DNA of 64,000 nucleotides from Candidatus Oxydemutatoraceae bacterium (GTDB lineage: Bacteria; Pseudomonadota; Gammaproteobacteria; Poriferisulfidales; Oxydemutatoraceae): contig CBDCOZ010000003.1 in the NCBI GenBank assembly GCA_965220085.1, positions 1,952,001 to 2,016,000 on the forward strand, in the 5' to 3' direction. The translations under genes were made by a program, and so were the position numbers. Below, piece by piece: positions 22,128 through 31,703 of the stretch. The notes under the pieces were generated by a model. The model was not told the origin of the DNA. It made no database searches and saw only the letters and a program-made list of their open reading frames with translations. How positions within the stretch are numbered: the stretch's first letter is position 1; each line of letters begins with the position of its first letter.

Positions 22128-22720
22128 ACCGCGAGGCGCCGTTGTTCGCGGATTGAAAAGGCGGCCGCTTCCAGAAATGTCGCGACATCGCGGAAAAAAT
22201 AGGTGCCGGCGGAAGCGTGTTCGGAAATCACGCGCTTTTCCGCCGTCGCGGTCACACGCCCGCGCGCGTCAATCGCAAGATAGCTGTAGCAGGCATCATC
22301 GGCGCGAAACCACGGAATCAAACCCGACGAATCGGCATCCGCCAACCAGACATCGATCTGCTCCGCGTCCGCATCGTAGATGATATCGGCGAGGTCTATG
22401 CACAGCGGCTCCTCCAAGCGCGCGCTGGCCGACACGCCGGCGACGGCGGAAAGCAGCGCCCCGCGCGTCGGGCTATTCAAATATGCCTTCTGCGCGCCGA
22501 CAAAACAGCGGTCAAGAAAGCGGGCGATGGCAGCCGATTCGGGCACATCGGCGCGCAATACAAAAATCAGGTCGGCGCTCGCCACAACGCCATCGCGCCA
22601 CCATGGCCGCGATGTCAAAACCCGTTCTATCAGCGGCGTTCCGTCGACTTCCGACAAAGGCTTGACGCAACCGTTTGCGCGAACGATATCGGCGCCGGCC
22701 AGAGGAACCACGCAGATCAT
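22004..22720 (-). CDS. Nucleotidyltransferase-fold (GT-A) protein
   Basis: MICVVPLAG, KPL, AEKRVISEHASAGTYFF; homologous to the domains of the upstream gene. Confidence 0.8.
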   Translation of the reverse strand: MICVVPLAGADIVRANGCVKPLSEVDGTPLIERVLTSRPWWRDGVVASADLIFVLRADVPESAAIARFLDRCFVGAQKAYLNSPTRGALLSAVAGVSASARLEEPLCIDLADIIYDADAEQIDVWLADADSSGLIPWFRADDACYSYLAIDARGRVTATAEKRVISEHASAGTYFFRDVATFLEAAAFSIREQRRLAVSGNLFVCPSFNGLTQADRRVDQFEVKNVNPVSKLFRSPAA

Positions 22721-24201
22721 TGCGACAGGAAATCGATGTGGCGCTTCAGGTCTTGCGGGGCGCCCAAACCGTGCATCGCGCTCGCCGGCACTTCGTACAC
22801 GCCGATGTGACAACCGGCGGCAATCGCATGGTTGTAAACCGGGCAGACATAGAACTCGTTGTTGGTTCTGTCTTCTTTGACGATCATATCCATCGCCGCG
22901 GCGAAGAAGTCGCCGGCGGACATGAACAAATAAATGCCGACCGTCGCGAGATCGGAGATGGGTTGCTTTTCCCGCACTTGGGTAACCAAACCGTTGTCGC
23001 TGACACGGGCAAACGACCACTTGGGGTCGCGCGCTTCGTCGCGAAACACAAGAATGGAACCGTCCAACTGCCGCTGTCGGCAATCGGCGACAAAAGCGTT
23101 TGCATCAAAGTCGACGATCTGGTCGCAGTTCGCCAACAACAATGGCGCGCGCCAATCTATTTTGCGATGCGCGCACAACGCGGTGCAAGCGGCCCCCTGC
23201 GTCAGACCCGTGATCGGGACGAAGGATGCTTTCCATTTTTGCTCCAGCATATCGACCATATCGGGGTATGCTTGCAGGTGTTCGCTCTGCGCGATCAGGA
23301 CGTTATGGCCGTCGGCGACCCGCAGATTATCCATCACCCGCTCGACCATCGTCATGCCTTTGACATCTATAAAAGGCTTGGGTTCCTTGTAACCGGCATC
23401 GACAAAACGGCTGCCCGCGCCCGCCATCGGAATCAACACCGTCACCGGCAAATTGCCGACGCTCTCCTCGCGCTTCTGACGGGAAAAACGGCGGTTATAC
23501 TCCTGCAACTTTTTCGGCGAATAAAAACTGTGGTAACAACTCGCCGGAATGCGATGGAAACCGACTTTCTTGCCGGCAATGATCAACTGGTTCAAAGAGG
23601 GCGCGATATAAAAAGACCCCTCGTGGGTGTCTTGCAGCATGATCATTTGCTTGCTGGCCGCGACGAAATCGCGCCCTTTGCGGAAATAATAAAACCCGGC
23701 GATGGCATCGCGGCTGATCACCCGCTTCTCCGCCGCTTCATTGACCGTCTCCGGCTCATCGCTGCGGATATAAGACCACCGCGGGTGCGTAGAGGAGAAT
23801 GTAATCACCCCCGCATCCAGTCGCCGGCTTTCAAAACCGGCGATGATAGCGAGCAAATCCGCGTCGATGATCTGGTCGCCGTTGACGATCAACAACGGCT
23901 CGTCGTTGTCTATGTGGTCGACCGCCATCATCACCGAGCACACCGCGCCCGCGGTCGGGTAACGCAACCCGACGATGATCGGGTCCTCCGCGCACGACAT
24001 TTTGATCGTCCGATCAAGGCTGAATTGTTCGCACTCCTCGTCGTTGACGATAAATATCCGGCGGCCCATAAGCGGCGCCAACCCTTTCAATACGGATTCG
24101 ATCATCGGCGTATCGGTCACCTCGATCAAGGGCTTGGGAAAATGAAACTCGGCGCGAGGAAACAACTCGCTGCCGCCGGCGATGGGGATGACGATATTCA
24201 T
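22717..24201 (-). CDS. Protein with two tandem nucleotidyltransferase domains
   Basis: Two domains: IVIPIAGG..FPKPLI and LIPMAGAGSRF..PKPFI, each with EK.IS..A..G.Y.F. Confidence 0.85.
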   Translation of the reverse strand: MNIVIPIAGGSELFPRAEFHFPKPLIEVTDTPMIESVLKGLAPLMGRRIFIVNDEECEQFSLDRTIKMSCAEDPIIVGLRYPTAGAVCSVMMAVDHIDNDEPLLIVNGDQIIDADLLAIIAGFESRRLDAGVITFSSTHPRWSYIRSDEPETVNEAAEKRVISRDAIAGFYYFRKGRDFVAASKQMIMLQDTHEGSFYIAPSLNQLIIAGKKVGFHRIPASCYHSFYSPKKLQEYNRRFSRQKREESVGNLPVTVLIPMAGAGSRFVDAGYKEPKPFIDVKGMTMVERVMDNLRVADGHNVLIAQSEHLQAYPDMVDMLEQKWKASFVPITGLTQGAACTALCAHRKIDWRAPLLLANCDQIVDFDANAFVADCRQRQLDGSILVFRDEARDPKWSFARVSDNGLVTQVREKQPISDLATVGIYLFMSAGDFFAAAMDMIVKEDRTNNEFYVCPVYNHAIAAGCHIGVYEVPASAMHGLGAPQDLKRHIDFLSQ

Positions 24202-24842
24202 CGCGCCTCCTGCGAACGGTTTTGTAGCGCGTTGATGCGGGAGCAAATATGCGGGTAAATCACATCGCGCACCCCCGCGACCTCCATCACATGGGCGCCG
24301 CTGGCGCGGGCGGCGGCGAGACCGCGCTCATTGTCCTCGATGATCAGGCACGCATCGGGCTTGAAACCGAATCGCTTCATCGCCGTCAGATACATCTCCG
24401 GATCCGGTTTGGGCTTTTGCACATCCTCGTTGGAGAGATAAAAATCCGCATATTCCGTCAGGCCGGACAACTCCAGCATCCGCGTCATGGAATCGCGCAC
24501 CGAATTGGAACAGATCGCAATGCCATAGCCGTCCTGTTTGAGACGGGAAACGGCGTATTGAATGTGGAAGATCGGATAACATTTTGTCGCCACGATCTGT
24601 TGCGTATAACGTTGCTTCAAATCATTCAGAAACCCGTGCAAGGCGCGCGGCAAACCCCTGGTATCCGACAGCATCTCCAGTTTCTTGCGCGTCGGCAAAC
24701 CGTCAAACGTCACGAGGTGGTCATCGCGGCTAATCTCCATCCCGAACAACGCCAGCGCTCGATTGAGCGCTTCGTAATGCCACTCGCGCGCATCGACCAG
24801 AACGCCGTCCATGTCAAACAGCACGGCTTTTATTTCAGACAT
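24198..24842 (-). CDS. HAD-family phosphatase
   Basis: FDMDGVL, KPKPDPEMY, IIEDNERG. Confidence 0.9.
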   Translation of the reverse strand: MSEIKAVLFDMDGVLVDAREWHYEALNRALALFGMEISRDDHLVTFDGLPTRKKLEMLSDTRGLPRALHGFLNDLKQRYTQQIVATKCYPIFHIQYAVSRLKQDGYGIAICSNSVRDSMTRMLELSGLTEYADFYLSNEDVQKPKPDPEMYLTAMKRFGFKPDACLIIEDNERGLAAARASGAHVMEVAGVRDVIYPHICSRINALQNRSQEAR

Positions 24843-25473
24843 CAAAAAACTCCTTCGCTTGTTGCGGAAAATCGGTGCACAAAAGTATCGCGGCATGTAT
24901 TTCTTCGCGCCATAGTTTCCAATTATCCCATACCCGCCGATGTTCGCGACCGTGCAACTCCGGCGAGACCAAAGCCACGCGCTTGCCGGCTTGCGCATGC
25001 GCGCGCAATGCGTCCGGCGTCGCCCAATCCGCGCACAAGGCATCCAGCCAAACTCCCGCCGCCGCGGCGTAAAAGGCGGGAGTCGGTTCGCAGTCGCTGT
25101 GACGGGTATAGACGGGCAGACCCGCATCCAAGTAATGACGCATATCGGGGACCGACATGTCAAAAAGGAAATAGGCGGCGGGGTCGATTCCCGCCATCGC
25201 TTGCGCCACCCGTTCGCACAAGCCGTCGGCTTTGACGTTGAGCGCCAACATTCCCGCTTGCCCGCGCTCTTTCCATAACGCCACGACATCGGCGAAGGGC
25301 AGCGCGGGGCCGACCGGCGCATCGTGGCTCACGACCAGACCGCCGCCGGCATCGCGGATATCGGTTTCAACGCCGACCCCGGCGGCAAACCCGCGCGCAA
25401 AAGCGCCGAGGGTGTTTTGCTCCGCCGCATCGTTCCACCACCCGCGGTGGCTTAGAATCTGAAAATCTTTCAT
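24835..25473 (-). CDS. Glycerophosphodiester phosphodiesterase-like protein
   Basis: SHRG, EQNTL, ETDIR, VVSHD, LNVK. Confidence 0.75.
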   Translation of the reverse strand: MKDFQILSHRGWWNDAAEQNTLGAFARGFAAGVGVETDIRDAGGGLVVSHDAPVGPALPFADVVALWKERGQAGMLALNVKADGLCERVAQAMAGIDPAAYFLFDMSVPDMRHYLDAGLPVYTRHSDCEPTPAFYAAAAGVWLDALCADWATPDALRAHAQAGKRVALVSPELHGREHRRVWDNWKLWREEIHAAILLCTDFPQQAKEFFDV

Positions 25474-25493
25474 CGTCTGTCGGCTCTCTCTTT

Positions 25494-25961
25494 TTACAGT
25501 TTGTTAAGGAGTCTCTTTTTTTCCCGCTGCCAGTCGCGCTTGCGCGCATCGGCGCGCTTGTCGTACGCGTGTTTGCCCTTGCCGATGCCAAGCTCCAACT
25601 TGGCGATATGGCGTTTCCAATAGAGCTTGATCGGCACCAGAGCATAACCTTTTCGCTCGAGCAGGCCGGTAAGCTTTGCGATCTCACGGCGGGTCAATAA
25701 CAATTTGCGGGTGCGCGTCGGATCAACTTCGCGCGAAGAGGAGCACCCCGGCGGCGGGGTGATGTGGGAGCCGATCAGCCACGCTTCGTTGTCCTTGATC
25801 AGCGCATAACTCTCTTTGATATGCGCCCGATGATTGCGCAGCCCCTTGACTTCCCAGCCGCACAAAGCGAGGCCGGCTTCCAGTCGCTGCTCGATATAGT
25901 AATCGTGTGTCGCCCGCGCATTGCGGGCAATCAAACTGCCTGCGGTTTTATTATCTTTCAT
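25494..25961 (-). CDS. smpB: SsrA-binding protein
   Basis: EAGLALCGWEVK, RTRKLLL, GKGKHAYDKR. Confidence 0.97.
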   Translation of the reverse strand: MKDNKTAGSLIARNARATHDYYIEQRLEAGLALCGWEVKGLRNHRAHIKESYALIKDNEAWLIGSHITPPPGCSSSREVDPTRTRKLLLTRREIAKLTGLLERKGYALVPIKLYWKRHIAKLELGIGKGKHAYDKRADARKRDWQREKKRLLNKL

Positions 25962-26035
25962 TATCCTGATATTATAGAAGCATTACAGCGCACCCAAGAA
26001 CAAATACCGAATTAAAAACAAACACGGACAACATT

Positions 26036-27412
26036 ATGCTTGGAAACAATCAACAAGTGGCATATGGCAGAGGACAGTGGTCGTCGCGCCTCACTTTTAT
26101 TCTGGCGGCGACCGGCTCGGCCGTCGGTCTCGGCAACATCTGGAAATTCCCGTATACGGCCGCCGAGAACGGCGGCAGTTCTTTCATACTGATTTACCTG
26201 GCTTGTATCTTTCTAATCGGGTTGCCGGTCTTGTGTTGCGAGGTGTTGCTCGGACGCCACGGCAAGCGCAACACGGTCAGCATATTCCGCCGCTTCCGCC
26301 GCGACTACGCGACGCCGCTCGGATGGAGCGTCATCGGCTGGCTCGGCATCGCCAGCGGCATCATCATTTTGTCTTTCTACAGCGTCATCGCCGGCTGGGT
26401 CGCGGCGTATATATTTAAATCCGCCGCCGGCGCGTTTGACAACATGACCGCGGAAGCCATCGGCAATATCTTCGGGGCGTTGCTGGAGAACCCCGAGCAA
26501 CTGCTTCTATGGCATACCGCCTTCATGGTTTTGACCGCGACAACGCTGGCTCACGGCGTGCGCGACGGCATAGAGCGGGTTGTCCGATACTTCATGCCGT
26601 TGCTGCTCGTCCTCTTAATCGGGCTGGTCACATACAACGCTTTCACCTGGGACATGCAAAGCACCCTCGCATTCATGTTCTCCTTTGAGCCCGACAAAAT
26701 CACGGCGGGAGTCATTCTGCGCGCGCTCGGCATGGCGTTCTTTTCGCTGAGCCTCGGCATGGGAGCGATGATGATATACGGCTCGTACCTGCCGGGCAGC
26801 AAACCGATTCTCGGCACCGCATCGGCCATTGTCGTCGCCGATGTCACGGTGGCCTTGCTCGCGGGGTTTGCGATATTCCCGCTGCTATTTGCCTTTGATC
26901 TGAACCCGACCGAAGGCGGCGCCGGACTGATTTTCCAAACCCTGCCGCTGGCGATAGGGCAAATGCCGGGCGGGCATGTATTCGGTTTCCTGTTCTTCTT
27001 CCTGCTGTTGGTCGCGGCCTGGACTTCCGCCCTGTCCCTGCTGGAACCGTTTGTCGCCTGGTGCGTGGAACACCGCGGCTGGAACCGCTCTGCCGCCGCC
27101 ATCGCGACCAGCGCGGCGGTATGGTCGCTCGGACTCCTGACCGTGCTCTCTTTTAACGAATGGGAAGAGGTCACGCTGTTTGACAAAACCATGTTTGGCC
27201 TGCTGGACTATGTGAGCAGCAACATCATGCTGCCGGTCGGCGGGTTTTTGATCGTGCTGTTCGCCGGCTGGGTATTGCCGGCTTCCGTCTTGCGCGATGA
27301 AATCGGATTGCGCAACAAGACGTGGCAGAAAATCTGGCAATTCATAGTGCGCTATCTGTGTCCGGTCGCTATCGTCATCATACTTGTCAATCTGTTGCGA
27401 ACGGCGGGCTGA
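26036..27412 (+). CDS. Sodium-dependent transporter (NSS/SNF family)
   Basis: GSAVGLGNIWKFPY, FFSLSLGMG. Confidence 0.93.
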   Translation: MLGNNQQVAYGRGQWSSRLTFILAATGSAVGLGNIWKFPYTAAENGGSSFILIYLACIFLIGLPVLCCEVLLGRHGKRNTVSIFRRFRRDYATPLGWSVIGWLGIASGIIILSFYSVIAGWVAAYIFKSAAGAFDNMTAEAIGNIFGALLENPEQLLLWHTAFMVLTATTLAHGVRDGIERVVRYFMPLLLVLLIGLVTYNAFTWDMQSTLAFMFSFEPDKITAGVILRALGMAFFSLSLGMGAMMIYGSYLPGSKPILGTASAIVVADVTVALLAGFAIFPLLFAFDLNPTEGGAGLIFQTLPLAIGQMPGGHVFGFLFFFLLLVAAWTSALSLLEPFVAWCVEHRGWNRSAAAIATSAAVWSLGLLTVLSFNEWEEVTLFDKTMFGLLDYVSSNIMLPVGGFLIVLFAGWVLPASVLRDEIGLRNKTWQKIWQFIVRYLCPVAIVIILVNLLRTAG

Positions 27413-27416
27413 TGCA

Positions 27417-27848
27417 ATGCCCCGGGTATTACGCCGCGCCATCGTTCCCTGCGCGCCGGAGCAAATATACCGGCTGGTCGGCGATGTCAATTCTTACCAC
27501 GAGTTCCTGCCGTGGTGCCGCGGCGCCGTGACCGAAACGATAGACGAGCATACGGTCGTCGCCAGACTCGACATCCGTCAAAACGACATCGCCCTCTCGT
27601 TCTCAACGACCAACCGCAACACGCCCTGCGAATCCATACGCATGGAGCTCAACGAAGGGCCGTTCAAGAAACTGCGCGGCCTGTGGACGTTTGAGCCGCT
27701 CGGCAGCGGCGGTTGCGACGTCCGTTTCACGCTCGACTTTGAGGTATCCGGCGCGCTGCATCAGTTCGCCGCCGAAAAGCTGCTGGGCAAGCTGTCTTCC
27801 GCTTTGACCGACGCCTTTGCCAAACGCGCGCGGCAGTTATACGGATGA
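27417..27848 (+). CDS. ratA: RatA/COQ10 START-domain protein
   Basis: LVGDV..Y.EFLPWC, GPFKKLRG.W.F, AF..RA..LYG; near smpB. Confidence 0.9.
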   Translation: MPRVLRRAIVPCAPEQIYRLVGDVNSYHEFLPWCRGAVTETIDEHTVVARLDIRQNDIALSFSTTNRNTPCESIRMELNEGPFKKLRGLWTFEPLGSGGCDVRFTLDFEVSGALHQFAAEKLLGKLSSALTDAFAKRARQLYG

Positions 27849-28123
27849 ACACCGTCGAAGTCATCTACGCCCAAGCGGATGCGCAGAAAAAAGTCACCCT
27901 GCGGCTTGAAGACGGCGCCACCGCCGAGGATGCCATCAAACGCTCCGGGCTGCTGACGCTGTTTCCGCAGATAGACTTGCGCCGCAATCAAGTCGGCATT
28001 TACGGACGGCCGGTCGCGCTGAACAAAGTCGTCCGCGCCGGCGACCGGGTGGAAATTTACCGCAGTCTGCACAAATCGCCCGTCGAACAGCGCCGCGAAC
28101 GGGCGCGGAGCAGCGGGGCGTAA
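27845..28123 (+). CDS. ratB: RnfH/RatB ubiquitin-like protein
   Basis: VGIYGR, GDRVEIYR; overlaps ratA. Confidence 0.9.
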   Translation: MNTVEVIYAQADAQKKVTLRLEDGATAEDAIKRSGLLTLFPQIDLRRNQVGIYGRPVALNKVVRAGDRVEIYRSLHKSPVEQRRERARSSGA

Positions 28124-28461
28124 GCGCCGGGCCGGCTCATAGCAACTCTCTGCCGGCATTCGCCAGCATCCGTCGCAACGCAATCAAAGGCAAACCGATC
28201 AAGGCGCTGGGGTCGGCGCTCTCAATGCAAGAACACAATGCGATGCCGAGACTCTCGGAACGAAAGCTGCCGGCGCACTCCCACGGCGCGTAAGCGCGGG
28301 GCCGGCTCATAGCAACTCTCTGCCGGCATTCGCCAGCATCCGGCGCAACTCGATCAAAGGCAAACCGATCAAAGCGCTGGGGTCGGCGCTCTCAATGCAA
28401 GAACACAATGCGATGCCGAGACTCTCGGAACGAAAGCTGCCGGCGCACTCCCACGGCGCGT
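28118..28461. repeat. Tandem duplication (2 x 170 bp) at the convergent ratB/maf junction
   Basis: gcgtaagcgc at 28118 and 28288; both copies end ccacggcgcgt. Confidence 0.93.
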
Positions 28462-28918
28462 CGCGATGCAGATACGCCTTCGCCTCTCCCGCGGAGAAGG
28501 AACGGAAGACGACGCGGGTCGGCACATTGACGAACTGCTCGGCGCCGTCGCGCGCGTCCAGAACGCACAGACCGGCATGAAAGATGACTTCGCGCCCGGC
28601 GCACATCATCAGTTGTTCGCAGGCGCGCTCAAAACCTCCGGGCTTGCCGAAGATGCGATCGCCCAAAGCCGCCACCTGATCGGAGCCGATAATCAGCGCG
28701 TCGGGGAACGCGCTCATCGCCGCCCGCGCTTTTTGTCGCGACAAGCGATCGACCAGTTGCGCCGCTTTCTCGTCCGCTTGCGGGGTCTCGTCAATGTCGG
28801 GCGAGCGGGTCAGAAAATCGTCGGTCAGGCGCGACAACAGCATCCGGCGGCTGCGGGAACTGGATGCCAATACCAATGGCGGATGAGACTTTGACCGTTT
28901 CTGATTCAATTTATACAA
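28307..28918 (-). CDS. Maf-family nucleotide pyrophosphatase (YceF-like)
   Basis: [31 protein letters not shown]. Confidence 0.93.
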   Translation of the reverse strand: MYKLNQKRSKSHPPLVLASSSRSRRMLLSRLTDDFLTRSPDIDETPQADEKAAQLVDRLSRQKARAAMSAFPDALIIGSDQVAALGDRIFGKPGGFERACEQLMMCAGREVIFHAGLCVLDARDGAEQFVNVPTRVVFRSFSAGEAKAYLHRDAPWECAGSFRSESLGIALCSCIESADPSALIGLPLIELRRMLANAGRELL

Positions 28919-28926
28919 TAGCCGTC

Positions 28927-29433
28927 ATGATGAACGACAAACTTCCTTCGCGGGTGCGCCCGGCGCATCTGATACAAAGCCGGACACGCATCGCCGCTTA
29001 TGTATTCTGCCATGAATTGCCTAGACTTGCCGATTTATGTCTGTCCGCCGATGCCAAAATCCGGGTGGCGTTGGAATTTGCAACCGAGCCGGGGAGCAAG
29101 CGCCCGCTGGTGACCGTGGAAACCCAAGCGACTTTGGCGTTGAAATGCCAGCGTTGTCTGGCCCCGATGGAGCACGAACTCTCGCAGCGCAGCCGCCTGA
29201 TTATCGCGGAAAATGAGGCGGAGGCGGAAACCATCCCCTTTGCGCGCGATATCGTTATCTGCCGCGAGGGGCATATCGACCTCAAAAAGTTGGCAGAAGA
29301 TGAGATTCTGCTGGCCCTGCCGGATATACTGGCGCACAAAAATATGGAACAATGTGACCGACAGATGGCACAATATGCGCAGGCGGAAGCAAAACAACGC
29401 AAAAATCCGTTTTCGGCTCTAAAGAATTTATAA
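28927..29433 (+). CDS. yceD: YceD/DUF177 protein
   Basis: CQRCL, EDEILLALP, NPFSALK; upstream of rpmF. Confidence 0.88.
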   Translation: MMNDKLPSRVRPAHLIQSRTRIAAYVFCHELPRLADLCLSADAKIRVALEFATEPGSKRPLVTVETQATLALKCQRCLAPMEHELSQRSRLIIAENEAEAETIPFARDIVICREGHIDLKKLAEDEILLALPDILAHKNMEQCDRQMAQYAQAEAKQRKNPFSALKNL

Positions 29434-29456
29434 TACTTGACTAACAGGAGAAACCA

Positions 29457-29663
29457 ATGGCTGTTCAAAAGAATCGCAAAACAAGGTCCAAACGCAATAT
29501 GCGCCGTTCGCACGACGCGCTCGCGCCGCCGACGCTGTCCGAAGACCCGATTACCGGGACCAAACACAGACGGCATCACATCAGCGAAGACGGGTTTTAT
29601 CGCGGACAAGAAGTCATCGCGCAACCCGTTATTGACGACGACGAAGAAAATCAAGAAGCGTAA
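29457..29663 (+). CDS. rpmF: 50S ribosomal protein L32
   Basis: [20 protein letters not shown]. Confidence 0.97.
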   Translation: MAVQKNRKTRSKRNMRRSHDALAPPTLSEDPITGTKHRRHHISEDGFYRGQEVIAQPVIDDDEENQEA

Positions 29664-29693
29664 GGCGGAGCCCGATATCACAAGGGTCTTTAA

Positions 29694-30713
29694 ATGGGTG
29701 CCACAGTAAGCGTTGCAATCGACGCGATGAGCGGGGACAGAGGGCTTGAGGTAACCATTCCCGCCGCGCTGGACACGCTGAAGCAGTTTGACGATGTGCG
29801 ACTCATACTGGTCGGCGATGAGAACCGCATCGCCGCCGGCCTCTCGCAGATTGGCGCGGCGCGCGGCGACCGCCTGCAAACCGTCGCCAGCACGGAAGTC
29901 GTCGCGATGGACGAACACCCGGCGACCGCATTGCGCGCCAAGAAAGACTCCTCCATGCGCGTGGCGATCGATCTGGTCAAAGAAGGCCGCGCGCAGGCGT
30001 GCATCAGCGCCGGCAATACGGGCGCGTTGCTCGCCATCTCCCGCTACTTGTTGCACACCCTCGCCGGCATAGACCGTCCCGCCATCGCCGCCACCCTGCC
30101 GAAGCGATCGGGACAGACGCACATCATGGACCTCGGCGCGAACATAGATTGCAAAGCCGAACACCTGTTTCAATTTGCCGTCATGGGGTCGGTGTTAGCC
30201 GGCGTCGTAGACAACATTGCCAATCCGCGCATCGGGCTATTGAACATAGGCAGCGAGGCAATCAAAGGCAACGACCAAATCAAAGAAGCGAGCAACCAAC
30301 TGCAAGACAGCTCGTTAAACTATGTCGGCTATGTCGAAGGCAGCGATCTGCTCAACGATGTCGCCGATGTCATCATCACCGACGGGTTTGCCGGCAATGT
30401 CGCGCTCAAGACCATGGAAGGCACGGCGAATTTTCTGGCGACCGCATTGAAGGAAAATTTCAAGCGCAACATCCTGACGCGCGCAGCGGCCATCACCGCC
30501 CTGCCGGTATTGAAAACAGTCGCCCGCATCACCGACCCGCGCCGCTACAACGGCGCGAGTTTGCTCGGTTTGCAAGGCGTGGTGATCAAGAGTCACGGCA
30601 ATGCGGATAAAATGGCGTTTAAGAATGCGATTGAAATTGCGCGCATAGAAGCGATCAAACAAGTGCCGCAACAGATAGACCATCAACTGGAGTCCACATT
30701 AATCGGCAAGTAA
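29694..30713 (+). CDS. plsX: Phosphate acyltransferase
   Basis: [25 protein letters not shown]. Confidence 0.97.
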   Translation: MGATVSVAIDAMSGDRGLEVTIPAALDTLKQFDDVRLILVGDENRIAAGLSQIGAARGDRLQTVASTEVVAMDEHPATALRAKKDSSMRVAIDLVKEGRAQACISAGNTGALLAISRYLLHTLAGIDRPAIAATLPKRSGQTHIMDLGANIDCKAEHLFQFAVMGSVLAGVVDNIANPRIGLLNIGSEAIKGNDQIKEASNQLQDSSLNYVGYVEGSDLLNDVADVIITDGFAGNVALKTMEGTANFLATALKENFKRNILTRAAAITALPVLKTVARITDPRRYNGASLLGLQGVVIKSHGNADKMAFKNAIEIARIEAIKQVPQQIDHQLESTLIGK

Positions 30714-30715
30714 TT

Positions 30716-31645
30716 ATGGAAATATATTCGCGCATCGCCGGCACCGGCTCCTGTCTTCCAAAACGCATCATGACCAATGCCGAGCTCGAGCAACGGGTGC
30801 AAACAAGCGACCAATGGATACGCGAGCGCACCGGCATTGAGCAGCGCCACATCGCCGGCGACGACGAGACGACCTGCGCCCTCGCCTGCCTTGCCGCCGA
30901 ACGGGCGATGGAGGCGGCGCACGCGCAAGCCGAAGACATAGACCTGATCATTCTTGCGACGACGACTCCGGACAAAGTGTTTCCGAGCACCGCCTGCCTG
31001 TTGCAAAAGCGCATGGGGCTCGGCGAATGTCCGGCGTTTGACATACAGGCGGTCTGCACCGGATTCGTATACGCGCTGGACATCGGCAACCGCTTCATCA
31101 AAACCGGCGGCGCGCAATGCGCGCTGATCATCGGCGCCGAAGTCATGTCGCGTATTCTTGATTGGAACGACCGCTCGACATGCGTGTTGTTTGGCGACGG
31201 CGCCGGCGCTGTCGTGCTGCAAGCAAGCGATGAGCCGGGCATCTGCTCAACCCACCTGCACGCCGACGGGCGCTATGAGGAACTGCTTCGCGCGGATGAC
31301 AAAGTGGAAATGAAAGGCAGCGAGGTGTTTAAGATCGCCGTCAGAACGCTGGGGCAGATCGTCGATGAAACGCTGCAAGAAAACAACCTCACCGCCGGGG
31401 ACATCGATTGGCTGGTGCCGCATCAGGCAAACTCCCGCATCCTGGCGGCGACCGCAAAAAAACTGGACATGTCTCTTGACCAAGTCATCATGAGCGTCGA
31501 CAAGCACGGCAACACATCGGCGGCTTCCATTCCCCTGGCTCTGGACGGGGCGGTGCGCGACGGTCGCATCCGACGCGGGCACAAGCTGTTGCTGGAAGCG
31601 TTCGGCGGCGGTTTCACGTGGGGCTCGGCGTTGTTGCGCTTCTGA
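30716..31645 (+). CDS. fabH: 3-oxoacyl-ACP synthase III
   Basis: [20 protein letters not shown]. Confidence 0.97.
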   Translation: MEIYSRIAGTGSCLPKRIMTNAELEQRVQTSDQWIRERTGIEQRHIAGDDETTCALACLAAERAMEAAHAQAEDIDLIILATTTPDKVFPSTACLLQKRMGLGECPAFDIQAVCTGFVYALDIGNRFIKTGGAQCALIIGAEVMSRILDWNDRSTCVLFGDGAGAVVLQASDEPGICSTHLHADGRYEELLRADDKVEMKGSEVFKIAVRTLGQIVDETLQENNLTAGDIDWLVPHQANSRILAATAKKLDMSLDQVIMSVDKHGNTSAASIPLALDGAVRDGRIRRGHKLLLEAFGGGFTWGSALLRF

Positions 31646-31703
31646 CCCGCGCCGGGCGAACGCGTCGCGACAGCCCGCGGACGTCGGGCATAATATACAG
31701 ACT

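Noticed and set aside
18204-24258. Long antisense ORFs such as 18204..19586 and 22675..24258
   Set aside because: Shadow ORFs opposite well-supported genes in GC-rich DNA.
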